DNA of 64,000 nucleotides from Candidatus Poribacteria bacterium (GTDB lineage: Bacteria; Poribacteria; WGA-4E; WGA-3G), in assembly GCA_965198235.1 (NCBI GenBank), contig OZ240248.1:2400001-2464000 (forward strand), in the 5' to 3' direction. The position numbers and the translations under genes are program-made. Under the pieces are notes generated by a model, which was given only the letters and a program-made list of their open reading frames with translations, ran no database searches and was not told where the DNA came from. This document shows, one piece after another, positions 30,065 to 40,586 of the stretch (position 1 is the stretch's first letter; the number at the start of each line of letters is the position of its first letter).

Positions 30065-30637
30065 TTAATCAGCAACCGTAACGCGCGTATAGATGTCCCG
30101 CAAGGATATCTCGCATCCAATTGAAATGAGTGACATCACATCTTCGGGGGCACAAAATTCGGTGCGTTCCCACTGCAGACCTTGCCGCTGATAATGCTCA
30201 ACGCCGCACCTGTTCTGTGAAATAAGGATGTAGTCTTGCAACGACGTAAGTTGCTGATAGTGTTCAAATTTCTCCCCTCGGTCATAGGCTGCAGTAGAGG
30301 GCGAAAGCACCTCTACGATAACGGTCGGGTTCAGGAGTGTGTCGAAAACATCATCCTCAAAGCGAGGTTCACCACAGGCAACGACGACATCTGGATAGAA
30401 GTAGGCTGTCGGGCTCGGCTGTACGCGCATATCGCTAGAATAGACTTCACAATCTGATGCCACCAATTGGTTGTAAAGTCTATTAAATATGTTTCCTGTG
30501 ATAAGATTATGTGCCCGACTCGCCCCGGACATTGCAAATATCTGCCCGCTGAGGTATTCACTTTTGTGCAGTGCCTTTCGTTCTTGGGTGATGTACCCCT
30601 CGGGAGTGAAGAGGGTTCGTGCGGGAAGAGATGCCAT
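30065..30637 (-). CDS. Uma2 family endonuclease
   Basis: MSGASRAH, YPDV, VEVLSPST, DRGEKF. Confidence 0.9.
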   Translation of the reverse strand: MASLPARTLFTPEGYITQERKALHKSEYLSGQIFAMSGASRAHNLITGNIFNRLYNQLVASDCEVYSSDMRVQPSPTAYFYPDVVVACGEPRFEDDVFDTLLNPTVIVEVLSPSTAAYDRGEKFEHYQQLTSLQDYILISQNRCGVEHYQRQGLQWERTEFCAPEDVMSLISIGCEISLRDIYTRVTVAD

Positions 30638-30767
30638 GCGTATTTCCTTGAATAGAAGTAATATTAACAGTATAGTACCACATTCTTAGGCAAAAGTCAA
30701 TCTTTTTTTCTGAGTCCCGTTTGTCGGTCCACCTTAGCAAAAGTACGCGGATTTCACGAAAAAGACG

Positions 30768-31106
30768 CTAACTATAACGCTTCAGGCTTGGATCAATTTC
30801 CGCTGCCCACTGGTCGATACCACCTGCGAGATTTTTGGCATCACGAAATCCGTTTTGGTGTAAGTAGGCGATGGCATAGAGACTCCGCGTCCCATGATGG
30901 CAATAGACGACAATTTCTTGGTCTGATGGGAGATTATCGACGTGGTGTGGCAGTGTGTTAAGCGGTATTAGCTGCGCACCTTCAAGGTGCACAATGTCAT
31001 ATTCGCTCGGTTCGCGAACATCTAATAAAAACACGGATTCGTTTTCGTCCAGTTTCTGTTTCAGTTCACGCGGCGAAATTTCAGGAAGTGACGGCGTAGT
31101 TTGCAT
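30768..31106 (-). CDS. Rhodanese-like protein
   Basis: LDVREPSEY, YCHHGTRS, LAGGIDQW. Confidence 0.9.
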   Translation of the reverse strand: MQTTPSLPEISPRELKQKLDENESVFLLDVREPSEYDIVHLEGAQLIPLNTLPHHVDNLPSDQEIVVYCHHGTRSLYAIAYLHQNGFRDAKNLAGGIDQWAAEIDPSLKRYS

Positions 31107-31109
31107 TAC

Positions 31110-31496
31110 TCAGTTTTCTTCCTCCGTTTGGATGGGTGACTTTTCATAGAGAGGCGCACATTCCGGGCAAGGACACGTCTCACGTAGGACTTCAAATGGG
31201 TAGATACCGGTATCGTGTCCATCATTCCAACTGAATTGGAGGGCATAACGACCGACTAACTGGATGTCGAGGGGTTGAATATCGTCTGAAACTTCAATGA
31301 GGGTTATATCTCCGTCGCCTTGCGGGGCAAAGAGGGAATGAACGTCTCTACCTTTGTGCCGGATGATAGCACATTCAGCGCACGGACACATCTGTCGGAG
31401 ATAGACATACGGATACCAACTGACATGTCCGTCCTTCCACTCTACCTGAAAGGCGTTGGGATGCTTCTTGAGGAGTTTCGGACTTTTTTCTATCAT
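31110..31496 (-). CDS. DUF971 / GBBH-like N-terminal domain protein
   Basis: WKDGH...LRQMCPCAEC, VGRYAL...DGHDTGIY. Confidence 0.85.
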   Translation of the reverse strand: MIEKSPKLLKKHPNAFQVEWKDGHVSWYPYVYLRQMCPCAECAIIRHKGRDVHSLFAPQGDGDITLIEVSDDIQPLDIQLVGRYALQFSWNDGHDTGIYPFEVLRETCPCPECAPLYEKSPIQTEEEN

Positions 31497-31659
31497 ATTT
31501 CTGACAATGGACTTCTTATCATTGTTCCACTACGTTCCACAATGGTTTTGGGTCAATTTTGCGGCGTACTCGCCCATAAGCGATCTGCTTCAAGCAATTC
31601 CTTTTTGAACCCCGTAGGGGTGAAATCTCTGTAGAGGAACGATGCCCAGGATCCCATAG

Positions 31660-31959
31660 TTAGAAAATACCGAGTTCGTCCTTTGCGTCTTCAGTCATCA
31701 GTTCTGCTGTCCAACGCGGTGTCCAGACGACGTTAACATTGACTTCGTCAATACCGTCCATCTGCTGCGTGACGTGTTGTGTGCCGTTCACAATTTGTCC
31801 GCCAGCGGGGCATCCAGGGCTCGTTAGGGTCATTGTAATATCTACAGTCGTGTCGTTGATGTCAACACCGTAGATAAGTCCCATATCGACGATATTGATG
31901 CCAATTTCCGGGTCAATAATTTGCTTGATAGCTTCTAATACGGTTTCTTCGGATACCAT
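31660..31959 (-). CDS. DUF59 / SufT-type metal-sulfur cluster assembly factor
   Basis: DPEIGINIVDMGLIY, TLTSPGCP. Confidence 0.9.
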   Translation of the reverse strand: MVSEETVLEAIKQIIDPEIGINIVDMGLIYGVDINDTTVDITMTLTSPGCPAGGQIVNGTQHVTQQMDGIDEVNVNVVWTPRWTAELMTEDAKDELGIF

Positions 31960-31992
31960 CGAGATTTCCTCCTATGAGGTTCGGGTAATTAA

Positions 31993-32304
31993 TTAGTCAA
32001 GGCTGACCAGAATATCATCGTCCTCAATTTTGACGGTGTAACAATCGACGGGTGTGACAGCGGGCATACAGAGAGGTTTTCCGGTTTTCACACAAAAACG
32101 TGCGCCGTGCCGCGGACATTCTATCTCCTCACCGTTGAACCAACCTTCCCCCAAGGGACCGCCGTCGTGTGTGCAAACGTCCTCTATGGCATAGAACTCG
32201 CCATTAATGTTGAAGAGTAGCACGGGAACGAAGTCAACTTCGACTAATTGTTTCGTGCCGGGTGGCACTTCACTCACTTTCGCAACTTTATAGAATTCTG
32301 GCAT
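31993..32304 (-). CDS. Rieske-type ferredoxin
   Basis: CTHD...CPRHG. Confidence 0.9.
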   Translation of the reverse strand: MPEFYKVAKVSEVPPGTKQLVEVDFVPVLLFNINGEFYAIEDVCTHDGGPLGEGWFNGEEIECPRHGARFCVKTGKPLCMPAVTPVDCYTVKIEDDDILVSLD

Positions 32305-32471
32305 ATTCGCGTTCTTCTTCCTATCCTTTGCGTGTTAGGTAGGCACAAACTAACAGTTTATGCTACAAGGTACCTTTACCGAACGAATGAGGCTTTCTAG
32401 CTGTTGAACACTCAGTGTGACTTTAGTTTCCGGTGTTGCTGTTACATTGTCCCTCATTGTGTCGCGCCTCC

Positions 32472-32861
32472 TTATTCATCTTCTTCGCCGGGCCAGCCTT
32501 TGACCCCGTAAGCACCGGCTTTGAGAACCTTGAGTGCCAATAACGCGCATTTGAGGCGGACGGGTCCCAAAGGGATGCCTATCATATCTAAGATGTCGTC
32601 TCGTGTGAGCTTCTTGACTTCGGTAAGGCTTTTACCTTCAATTTCCTCAGTTAACATAGAGGCAGCAGCTTGACTAATGGTACAACCGTGTCCGCAAAAA
32701 CGCACCTCTGTAATAACGTCGTCTTCAACAACGAGGTCGATGCGGATCCGATCCCCACAAAGCGGATTGTCTTCTTCATGGGAAATGTGAGGATTCGGCA
32801 ATGTTCCGTAGTTGCTCGGATTCTCGTAATGATCAAGTAGATCTTCCTGATATACGTTCAT
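32472..32861 (-). CDS. sufU: SUF scaffold SufU
   Basis: NPLCGD, GCTISQA, RLKCALL. Confidence 0.9.
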   Translation of the reverse strand: MNVYQEDLLDHYENPSNYGTLPNPHISHEEDNPLCGDRIRIDLVVEDDVITEVRFCGHGCTISQAAASMLTEEIEGKSLTEVKKLTRDDILDMIGIPLGPVRLKCALLALKVLKAGAYGVKGWPGEEDE

Positions 32862-34117
32862 CCTGCTCTCCTTCTCTGGCTCCGAGTCATCAACTTTTGT
32901 GTTTTACACAACCCTTCATATAACCGGTCCACGTCTTCAATTGTATTATAAAGGTAAAAACTCGCACGGGCGGTGGCGATAACATCTAATCTCTTCATGA
33001 GCGGTTGTGCACAGTGGTGTCCCGCACGGATAGCGATACCGTGCGTATCCAATACTCCAGCCACATCGTGTGGATGGATACCCTCCAGATTAAAGGAGAT
33101 AACCCCCGCTTTTTGATGCGGGGAAGATGGTCCATAGAGGGTGATACCTTCGATTTCTTGTAAGCGATTATGTGCGTATTTTAGGAGTTCTTGTTCGTGA
33201 ACCTGAAGTGCTGCTAAATTTGCTTGTGTAATATAGTCGACTGCATGCCCAAGCCCGATCGCTTCGGCGATACTTGGGGTGCCCGCCTCGAATTTGGCGG
33301 GAAGTTCAGCATAACTTGATACGTCGCGTTCAACGCTCCGAATCATTGAACCGCCACCGAGGAAGGGCGGCATCTCTTCAAGGAGTTCCAATTTACCGTA
33401 TAGGACACCGATACCCGTCGGACCACACATTTTATGTCCAGAGAACGCGAGGAAATCGCAATCCAGTTGCTGAACGTCAACCTGAAAATGCGGCACCGAT
33501 TGTGCGGCATCAATGACTACCTTTGCCCCAACAGCATGCGCAGCCGTAATGACAGACTGGATCGGATTGATTGTCCCGAGTACGTTAGAAACGTGACCTA
33601 TAGCGACAAGTTTCGTTTTTTCAGTGAGGAGGTCCTCAAGTTGTGTGAAGTCGAGTAACCCTTCGTCAGTTATCTCCATGAATCGGAGCACCGCGCCAGT
33701 ACGCTGTGCCAGCAACTGCCAAGGCACAAGGTTGCTATGGTGTTCCATGACGGTGAGAACAATTTCGTCGCCTTCTTGGATGTTCGCGCTGCCCCAACTG
33801 TAAGCGACGAGGTTAATGGATTCCGTCGTGTTCCGCGTAAAGATAATCTGTCGGGTCCGCGGGGCGTTAACTAACGCTGCTACCTTCTCACGAGCGCGTT
33901 CATATTGTGCCGTTGCCTCTTCCGAGATACGATAGATACCGCGATGGATATTAGAACGATACGTATCGTAATAGGCATCCATCGCTTCAACGACTGGGCG
34001 CGGTGTTTGCGTTGACGCTGCATTATCGAGAAAAGCCAACGGTGGGGTCGTCGCGAAGATCGGAAAATCCTTGCGGATTCTTTCTACATCAAGGGGACGA
34101 AAGTGCGAGGTGTGCAT
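32858..34117 (-). CDS. sufS: Cysteine desulfurase SufS
   Basis: LDNAAS, EHHSN, SGHKMCGP, RAGHHCA. Confidence 0.95.
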   Translation of the reverse strand: MHTSHFRPLDVERIRKDFPIFATTPPLAFLDNAASTQTPRPVVEAMDAYYDTYRSNIHRGIYRISEEATAQYERAREKVAALVNAPRTRQIIFTRNTTESINLVAYSWGSANIQEGDEIVLTVMEHHSNLVPWQLLAQRTGAVLRFMEITDEGLLDFTQLEDLLTEKTKLVAIGHVSNVLGTINPIQSVITAAHAVGAKVVIDAAQSVPHFQVDVQQLDCDFLAFSGHKMCGPTGIGVLYGKLELLEEMPPFLGGGSMIRSVERDVSSYAELPAKFEAGTPSIAEAIGLGHAVDYITQANLAALQVHEQELLKYAHNRLQEIEGITLYGPSSPHQKAGVISFNLEGIHPHDVAGVLDTHGIAIRAGHHCAQPLMKRLDVIATARASFYLYNTIEDVDRLYEGLCKTQKLMTRSQRRRAG

Positions 34118-34202
34118 TGTGTTGTCATCCTATGCAGTAGCCGCGCCTCCGGGCAGGCGCGCCCATCTGAACGCGCCCACCTTGGAGACTTGGAAGATAA
34201 AA

Positions 34203-34544
34203 CTATCTGCTGGGGAAACCAATATTGACAACAGACGGTCCATGGTCCTCACACGCCTGATCGGTTGGGACATCGGTTTCAGTATCACTGGATCGGATAA
34301 GCCCTGCCGAAACCAGATACTGTTCCACTTCATCGCCGCTGACATCGGCGAGCATTATATCGTCAATCTGGACGCACGGCTGATAGGGCTGCCGCGTCTT
34401 CTGAACCATTTCACGATAGTTGTTTTCGTTGTTAATGATGTCTCTATCTTCATACTCCAAACCGTACTTGGCGAAGATGGCACGGACACCATTGCTCCAT
34501 CCACAGACGGGCTTCATGTAAGCGATAATTTTCGGTTGACTCAT
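34203..34544 (-). CDS. Monothiol glutaredoxin-like protein
   Basis: KPVCGWS active-site motif, QPYQPCV; located within the suf operon. Confidence 0.7.
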   Translation of the reverse strand: MSQPKIIAYMKPVCGWSNGVRAIFAKYGLEYEDRDIINNENNYREMVQKTRQPYQPCVQIDDIMLADVSGDEVEQYLVSAGLIRSSDTETDVPTDQACEDHGPSVVNIGFPSR

Positions 34545-34658
34545 TGTGAGTTGCTCCTTGCTGGCGAGGTTTGAAACCTCGCTTGATTAGTTAGACGTAC
34601 TCAGGAGAGCACACCTATGGAAAGTTGTGGCGGCACCGTGAACGCTGCGCCATAAAAT

Positions 34659-36032
34659 CTATTGTGATTCGCCTATAAGTTTGCGTGTAACGGATGTACT
34701 CAGCTCTTCACGAACTGATTCTAACGGAATACGTTCCATGACAGGGGCAAAAAACCCGTCAACAATCAATTTTTCTGCTTGTGCGTAAGGCACACCGCGA
34801 CTCATTAAGTAAAAGACCTGCTCGGCGTCAATCTTCCCAGCGGTTGCGCCGTGTGTACAACGCACCTCATGTGCTTGAATTTCCAATCCGGGCAGCGTAT
34901 CCGCATGCGCACGTTCGCTGAGCAGTAGGTTGTCGTTTTTCTGGTACGCATCGGTGTGGTTCGCCGACGGATAAACGTAAATGTTCCCACCCCACGCCGT
35001 CTGCGACCTATCTTTCAGGACAGTCCGATAGAGCAGATCGCTGAAGGTATGCGGTGAAATGTGTTCCTGGGCAGTGCTAATATCCAAGCGTTGCCGCGCA
35101 TCAGTGAAAGCCAAGCCCAACATTTGGGCGTTACATCCGGCACCTTCCAAGACAACAGCTTGGTTTACCTTGCTCAGCCTCCCGCCGAAAGTAGCGGTTA
35201 CCCAACAGAGTTGCGCGTCCCTGGCAACCATAGCGCGGTGCGAGGCGAAGTTCCAAACCTGACGATTCCAATGTTGAACCTGCACGTAAGTCACGTTCGC
35301 ATTCTGTTCCGCGAAAATTTCTACCGCTCCACTATGTAAGCCACCGGCATTTGGGTCGATCGATGAATTGTCCTCCAAGATCACAACCTCGCTACCCTCT
35401 TCAGCGATGATGAGCGTATGCGATAGGTCGGCGTGTTCTGCTTCGGACATCTTGATATAAACCCGCAGCGGCACTTCAACTCGGACACCTTTAGGGATAT
35501 GCAGTACGTAACCACCTTGCCAAAAAGCACCGTGAAGTGCGTCAAATTTATTATGCTGGGCAATGTTCCCGCTTTTTAACGCCGTCTCCAAAGTCACTGC
35601 CTTACTCATAAAATAAGTACGAAGCAACTCCGGTTGCTCGTGTAGCGCGGTGTGGAGATCTGCGAAGTATACGCCTTTTTTTTTCAGCGTTTCAGTAGTC
35701 GAGACGTGTTGGAGTTGCCCATCAACTTGCACGAGCACGCCTGCTGTCTCTTCGTCGTTGTCGTCTAAAGCATCGGCGGATGGTTTACCGTTCGTTGGAG
35801 TACTTGGATGATATTTTTCGAGTGCGAAGCCTCGGAGATGTCGCCGAGTGCGCCGCCAATAATCTTGGGTACGCATATCAACGGTGCGTCGCCATACATC
35901 ATCTTTAGTCGTATGGGGCATCGGCAAGGATTCGTAAAATGCGTAAGCCTCCAACCGTTTCTCACGCATCCATTCTGGCTCAGTTGCTGCTATCTTTTGA
36001 AGAAATTCTTTTGAAAACTGTCCCTTTTGCAA
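34659..36032 (-). CDS. sufD: SufD
   Basis: PGLEIQAHEVRCTHGAT, FYLMSRG. Confidence 0.9.
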   Translation of the reverse strand: MQKGQFSKEFLQKIAATEPEWMREKRLEAYAFYESLPMPHTTKDDVWRRTVDMRTQDYWRRTRRHLRGFALEKYHPSTPTNGKPSADALDDNDEETAGVLVQVDGQLQHVSTTETLKKKGVYFADLHTALHEQPELLRTYFMSKAVTLETALKSGNIAQHNKFDALHGAFWQGGYVLHIPKGVRVEVPLRVYIKMSEAEHADLSHTLIIAEEGSEVVILEDNSSIDPNAGGLHSGAVEIFAEQNANVTYVQVQHWNRQVWNFASHRAMVARDAQLCWVTATFGGRLSKVNQAVVLEGAGCNAQMLGLAFTDARQRLDISTAQEHISPHTFSDLLYRTVLKDRSQTAWGGNIYVYPSANHTDAYQKNDNLLLSERAHADTLPGLEIQAHEVRCTHGATAGKIDAEQVFYLMSRGVPYAQAEKLIVDGFFAPVMERIPLESVREELSTSVTRKLIGESQ

Positions 36033-36052
36033 TTTTTTTTGATCCTTTATTG

Positions 36053-36160
36053 GCTATCAGAGGAATAGCCGTCAGCTGTCAGCCATCAGCCGTCAGTAAA
36101 GAGGTGTTCACTACACAGAATCTCCTACTGATTGCCGATTGCTGATTGCCGACAGCCATT
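36053..36160. repeat. Intergenic heptamer-periodic element
   Basis: GCCGTCA/GCTGTCA/GCCATCA units and complementary CTGATTG/CCGATTG units forming a long imperfect hairpin. Confidence 0.65.
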
Positions 36161-36175
36161 AAAGCCGACTGCCAC

Positions 36176-37594
36176 TTAACCGACTGAACCTTCCATCTGA
36201 AGTTGGATGAGACGGTTCATCTCGACAGCGTATTCCATCGGAAGTTCCTTGACGAGGGGTTCGATAAACCCATTGACAATCATTGTGGAAGCTTCTTCTT
36301 CGGAAAGCCCACGACTCATCAGATAGAAGAGTTGCTCTTCCCCGATTTTGCTGACACGCGCCTCGTGTTCAATGTTCGTATCGTTCTCACCGATCTCAAT
36401 GACCGGATAAGTGTCTGAACGGGAGTCTTTATCAAGAATGAGCGCATCGCAGACGACGTGTGATTTACATCCCTTCGCGCCTTTCGCGACATCGACCCAC
36501 CCACGATAACTGGATCTACCGCCATCTTTACTGATGCTCTTTGAGGTTATCTGCGAAGTGGTGTGCGGTGCGCAATGATAGACCTTTGCCCCTGCGTCTT
36601 GGTGCTGTCCCTTGCTTGCGAACGCAATAGAGAGAATGTCGCCGCGCGCACCGGGTTCCATCATATAGACACTCGGATACTTCATCGTCAACTTACTGCC
36701 GAGGTTGCCATCAACCCACTCCATCTGCGCGTCCTCATAGGCAAATGCTCGTTTCGTGACGAGATTATATACATTATTCGCCCAATTCTGAATAGTCGTG
36801 TAGCGGACTCGCGAACCTTTCATACAAACAATCTCGACGACCGCGCTGTGTAAGGATGCACTGCTGTATGTTGGTGCGGTGCAACCCTCAACGTAATGAA
36901 CCTGTGAGCCTTCATCGGCGATGATGAGCGTGCGTTCAAATTGCCCCATGTTCTCGCTGTTGATTCGGAAATAGGCTTGCAGTGGGTATTCTACCTTTAC
37001 GCCGGGCGGAACATAAACGAAACTTCCACCGCTCCAGGCAGCACTGTTGAGTGCCGCGAACTGATTATCCGCAGATGGGATAATAGTCCCGAAGTATTTC
37101 TTCACCAAGTCGGGGTACTCTTTGACAGCGGTATCGGTATCGAGGAAAACAACACCGATTTTGTCCAATTCTTCGACGATGTTATGGTAAACGACTTCTG
37201 AGTCGTACTGTGCCCCAACACCTGCGAGGAATTTCCGTTCCGCTTCCGGGATACCGAGCCGATCGAAGGTTTTCTTGATGTCATCCGGTACATCGTCCCA
37301 ACTTCGCTCGCTCCGGTCAGAGGCTTTGACATAATAATAGATGTCGTCAAAATCGAGTTGTGAGAGGTCGCCTCCCCATTTAGTCATCGGCTTTTGCTTG
37401 AAAATTTTGTAAGCATCAAGCCGATACTGGCGCATCCAGTCGGGTTCCCCTTTGATGTCGGACATTTGATTGATAACCTCTTCATCCAACCCCTTCCGCG
37501 ACTTGAATGTAGGTTTAATATCGTCGTGGAACCCGTATTGGTACTCTTTACTAATTCCGAGTTCTTCTATGGTGTTCGTTTCAGAATTTGCCAT
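36176..37594 (-). CDS. sufB: SufB
   Basis: [29 protein letters not shown]. Confidence 0.95.
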   Translation of the reverse strand: MANSETNTIEELGISKEYQYGFHDDIKPTFKSRKGLDEEVINQMSDIKGEPDWMRQYRLDAYKIFKQKPMTKWGGDLSQLDFDDIYYYVKASDRSERSWDDVPDDIKKTFDRLGIPEAERKFLAGVGAQYDSEVVYHNIVEELDKIGVVFLDTDTAVKEYPDLVKKYFGTIIPSADNQFAALNSAAWSGGSFVYVPPGVKVEYPLQAYFRINSENMGQFERTLIIADEGSQVHYVEGCTAPTYSSASLHSAVVEIVCMKGSRVRYTTIQNWANNVYNLVTKRAFAYEDAQMEWVDGNLGSKLTMKYPSVYMMEPGARGDILSIAFASKGQHQDAGAKVYHCAPHTTSQITSKSISKDGGRSSYRGWVDVAKGAKGCKSHVVCDALILDKDSRSDTYPVIEIGENDTNIEHEARVSKIGEEQLFYLMSRGLSEEEASTMIVNGFIEPLVKELPMEYAVEMNRLIQLQMEGSVG

Positions 37595-37644
37595 TTCACT
37601 TCTCCTATTACATTAGCGGGGGTGCCGAGCGCCACCACTCCGAA

Positions 37645-38430
37645 TTACGCCTCGGTAATATCGTATTTTTCACGAATTGGGTCGTAGCCCTCTGCTTCTA
37701 ACATCTGTGCGAGTTCCCATCCGCCGGATTCAACGATCCTACCGTCGAGCAGGATATGCACGAACTGCGGACGAATGTAGTCTAATAACCGTGGATAGTG
37801 CGTGATAATCAACACACCCAACTCCGGTCCAATCAGTTGACTAACACTTTCACCCACGACGCGGATAGCATCAATATCGAGTCCGGAATCCGTCTCATCA
37901 AGGATCGCAATTTGGGGTTCAAGCATTGCGAGTTGTAGGATCTCGGCACGTTTCTTTTCGCCACCGGAAAACCCGTCATTAAGGTATCGCCTTGCGAAGG
38001 AATCGTCAATACCGAGTTGTTTCATTTTTTCGCGAAGTTCACGACGAAATTCGCGCATCGGAATGAGTCGGTCGTCTCCGGAACCGTTCTCTTCTTTGGC
38101 GCGGACTGCGCTCACTGCGAGCCGTAGGAAATTAGCCAAGCTGACTCCGGGAATCGCCGTTGGATACTGAAAAGCGAGGAAAAGTCCGAGTTTCGCGCGT
38201 TCGTTGGGTTCCAACTCCAGAATATCGACCCCGTTAAAAACCACTTCGCCGGAATCAATATCGTAGAGAGGATGCCCCATCAAGCCATTCGCGAGGGTGC
38301 TTTTGCCAGACCCGTTTGGACCCATAAGCGCATGGATTTCACCCTGTTTGACAGTTAAATTTAATCCTTTGATAATTGGTTTTTCTTGCACGCTGATATG
38401 CAAGTCTTTAATCATCAAGTCTCTGCTCAT
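37645..38430 (-). CDS. sufC: SufC ATPase
   Basis: GPNGSGKS, FSGGEKKR, LDETDSGLD. Confidence 0.95.
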   Translation of the reverse strand: MSRDLMIKDLHISVQEKPIIKGLNLTVKQGEIHALMGPNGSGKSTLANGLMGHPLYDIDSGEVVFNGVDILELEPNERAKLGLFLAFQYPTAIPGVSLANFLRLAVSAVRAKEENGSGDDRLIPMREFRRELREKMKQLGIDDSFARRYLNDGFSGGEKKRAEILQLAMLEPQIAILDETDSGLDIDAIRVVGESVSQLIGPELGVLIITHYPRLLDYIRPQFVHILLDGRIVESGGWELAQMLEAEGYDPIREKYDITEA

Positions 38431-38549
38431 CCGTTGTTTTGAACTCCTTCATAAAATTTGTAAGGGCGGTTCCAAAATTATTTTTTATTGTGTTGACCTC
38501 ACGCCTACAGCGCGATTTTTTTAACGCATCTGTCGCTACCGGAAACGCT

Positions 38550-39545
38550 TTAACCGCCGATTCTTGACATATTTCTTTCTGGTTTAATGAAGTCTGCTGC
38601 GTTAATCTTATGCCCTGCTTCTTTTTGTGAGACTGCGTCGAGGATTAACTCCGCAATCCCCTCATCTGGCACCCCTTCGCGTAGCGGTGTAAGCAGATCT
38701 GTTTCTGTTAATGAGAAGAGACAGGTCCGAAACTTTCCATCAGCAGTGAGGCGAACCCGGTTACAGTTTTCACAAAACGGCTCACTCACAGAGGATATGA
38801 CACCTACGTCGTTACCGTTATCTGCGAAGCGATAACGTTGCGCAGTATCGCTCTTCGCCTCACCGTTTAAGGCTACTTGTGTAAGTGGATAGACGGCGTT
38901 AATTTTTTCGATAATCTCTTTTCCGGGGATGTACATGTTACGTCCCCACACATCGTCGGCATCGAGCGGCATAAATTCGATGAATCGGAGTTGATAATCG
39001 TTTTGACGTGCGAAGGTGGCTAAATCAACGATCTCATCATCGGTAAAACCGCGCATTGCGACAGCGTTGACTTTAATCGGGTTGAAACCACATTCGTGCG
39101 CGGTTTTAAGCCCCTGAAGCACGCGTGAGAGCACCTTCCGGCGCGTCATCTGCTCGAATTTCTCTTCATTAAGCGTATCTAAGCTGACATTGATACGGCG
39201 GAGCCCGGCATCGTAAAGTGCTTGTGCTTGCTTAATAAGACCGATGCCGTTTGTTGTCAAACTGATGTCTTTCAGTCCTTCCAGCTGCGTCAATCGGCTT
39301 ATGAGTGTAGGCACACCGGGTCGGACAAGCGGCTCACCACCGGTAATACGTACCTTGTTAGCGCCGAGCGCGACGAAAATGCGGGCGAGGTGCAGAATCT
39401 CATCGAACGTCATCAGGGCCGCGTCTGGCATGAAGGTCATGTCTTCTGGCATACAGTAGATGCAACGAAAGTTACATACATCTGTAACCGAGATCCTGAG
39501 ATTTGTATGGATCCGTCCAAAGCGGTCGAGCATCTGTTGTTTCAT
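38550..39545 (-). CDS. moaA: GTP 3',8-cyclase MoaA
   Basis: CNFRCIYC, TGGEP, CENCNR, C-terminal IGG. Confidence 0.95.
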   Translation of the reverse strand: MKQQMLDRFGRIHTNLRISVTDVCNFRCIYCMPEDMTFMPDAALMTFDEILHLARIFVALGANKVRITGGEPLVRPGVPTLISRLTQLEGLKDISLTTNGIGLIKQAQALYDAGLRRINVSLDTLNEEKFEQMTRRKVLSRVLQGLKTAHECGFNPIKVNAVAMRGFTDDEIVDLATFARQNDYQLRFIEFMPLDADDVWGRNMYIPGKEIIEKINAVYPLTQVALNGEAKSDTAQRYRFADNGNDVGVISSVSEPFCENCNRVRLTADGKFRTCLFSLTETDLLTPLREGVPDEGIAELILDAVSQKEAGHKINAADFIKPERNMSRIGG

Positions 39546-39754
39546 ATTAATTCAGACAGGCAAATTCAAATTTATTAATAGTATATCACATCCCTATATT
39601 TTTTGCAAGTTTTTTTATAGTAAAAACTATAAAAAAGATTTCTCGGTAAAGTGAAGGAGATTAATACGCACGCCGAGAAGGACGTTTTGTATTGACACAG
39701 TTATAATTGTGATGTATAATGTCTCTATATTTCTGAAAGTTGGGGGAAAAAGCG

Positions 39755-40123
39755 ATGAATGAAAAAGTGTTCCACGTCGGTGGTATTGAACTTCACGTAG
39801 ATCAACGCAATTTTGGAGCGGACGGCGGTCCCTCCGTACGTGTTTACGGCGAGGTGGATGGTGAAAATGTTCAGCTGCTCCGCTTCGACTGTTTTCGCAA
39901 GGACCCGCACTATCATTACGATCCTTCTGGGAAGAACGATCAGCGGTCCCTCGATAAAACGAGTGTGCCAGATTCAGTTGCTTGGACGATTGAGCAATTA
40001 GGACAAAATCTCGTGGAGATGATTCACACAGCAGGTTATACCAGTGTTGCTGAAGAGGTCGATCAAACCGCGGTGACGCAGGTGCTGCCTGAGGTGGAAT
40101 CCTTGATGCGAAGCGAAGACTAA
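39755..40123 (+). CDS. Hypothetical protein (RFDCF...PHYHY motif)
   Basis: Coherent ORF with an upstream TTGACA-17-TATAAT promoter (~39692-39720). Confidence 0.65.
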   Translation: MNEKVFHVGGIELHVDQRNFGADGGPSVRVYGEVDGENVQLLRFDCFRKDPHYHYDPSGKNDQRSLDKTSVPDSVAWTIEQLGQNLVEMIHTAGYTSVAEEVDQTAVTQVLPEVESLMRSED

Positions 40124-40163
40124 TTTTGTAGATGCGCTTTAGCACGCAGAGGAGAAAGTTAAC

Positions 40164-40289
40164 ATGACGAAGTTTATTACTGTAGGTGTGTTTCTGCTCA
40201 CAGTGCTCATAGGTTTGAGTGCCTTTGCAGGAACCCCACAGGAATTATCGAACTCACGTGATTACCTTTCTAAACAATTACCGTCCTGA
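40164..40289 (+). pseudogene. Truncated secreted-protein gene (signal peptide only)
   Basis: RBS GAGGAG, MTKFITVGVFLLTVLIGLSAFA-G then stop after 41 aa, colliding with the AlkB fragment. Confidence 0.45.
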
Positions 40290-40586
40290 ATGTTAGCGAT
40301 ATTCGTCGCTGCCGCGCATACTTACGTCCATCCCATACATCCGATTTTCTGGCGGGAATACCGTGCCACCACGTATATCTCGCCGCCTCCCTCAATACAG
40401 CGATACTTCTTGGGGCAAGCCAAACTGGAACCTTTTTCGTTTTGTCATATTGGTTTGTGAATTCCATAATACAACTCGATCCGAGACTCAAAGAGATAAT
40501 TGTATCCTTAAACCACGGTTCGCGATTGATATGGCCTCCAATGCCTTGCCCGGGTTGGTATTCGCTGACAAGCACCTGATTTGGGA
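40270..40586 (-). pseudogene. AlkB-like dioxygenase paralog, 5'-truncated
   Basis: Aligns to the C-terminal half of 41670..42320; HxD motif reads HIN. Confidence 0.75.

Noticed and set aside
32349-32457. Tiny ORF MRDNVTATPETKVTLSVQQLESLIR... between sufU and the Rieske gene
   Set aside because: It runs into a REP after ~25 codons; possibly an antitoxin remnant, but too short to support.
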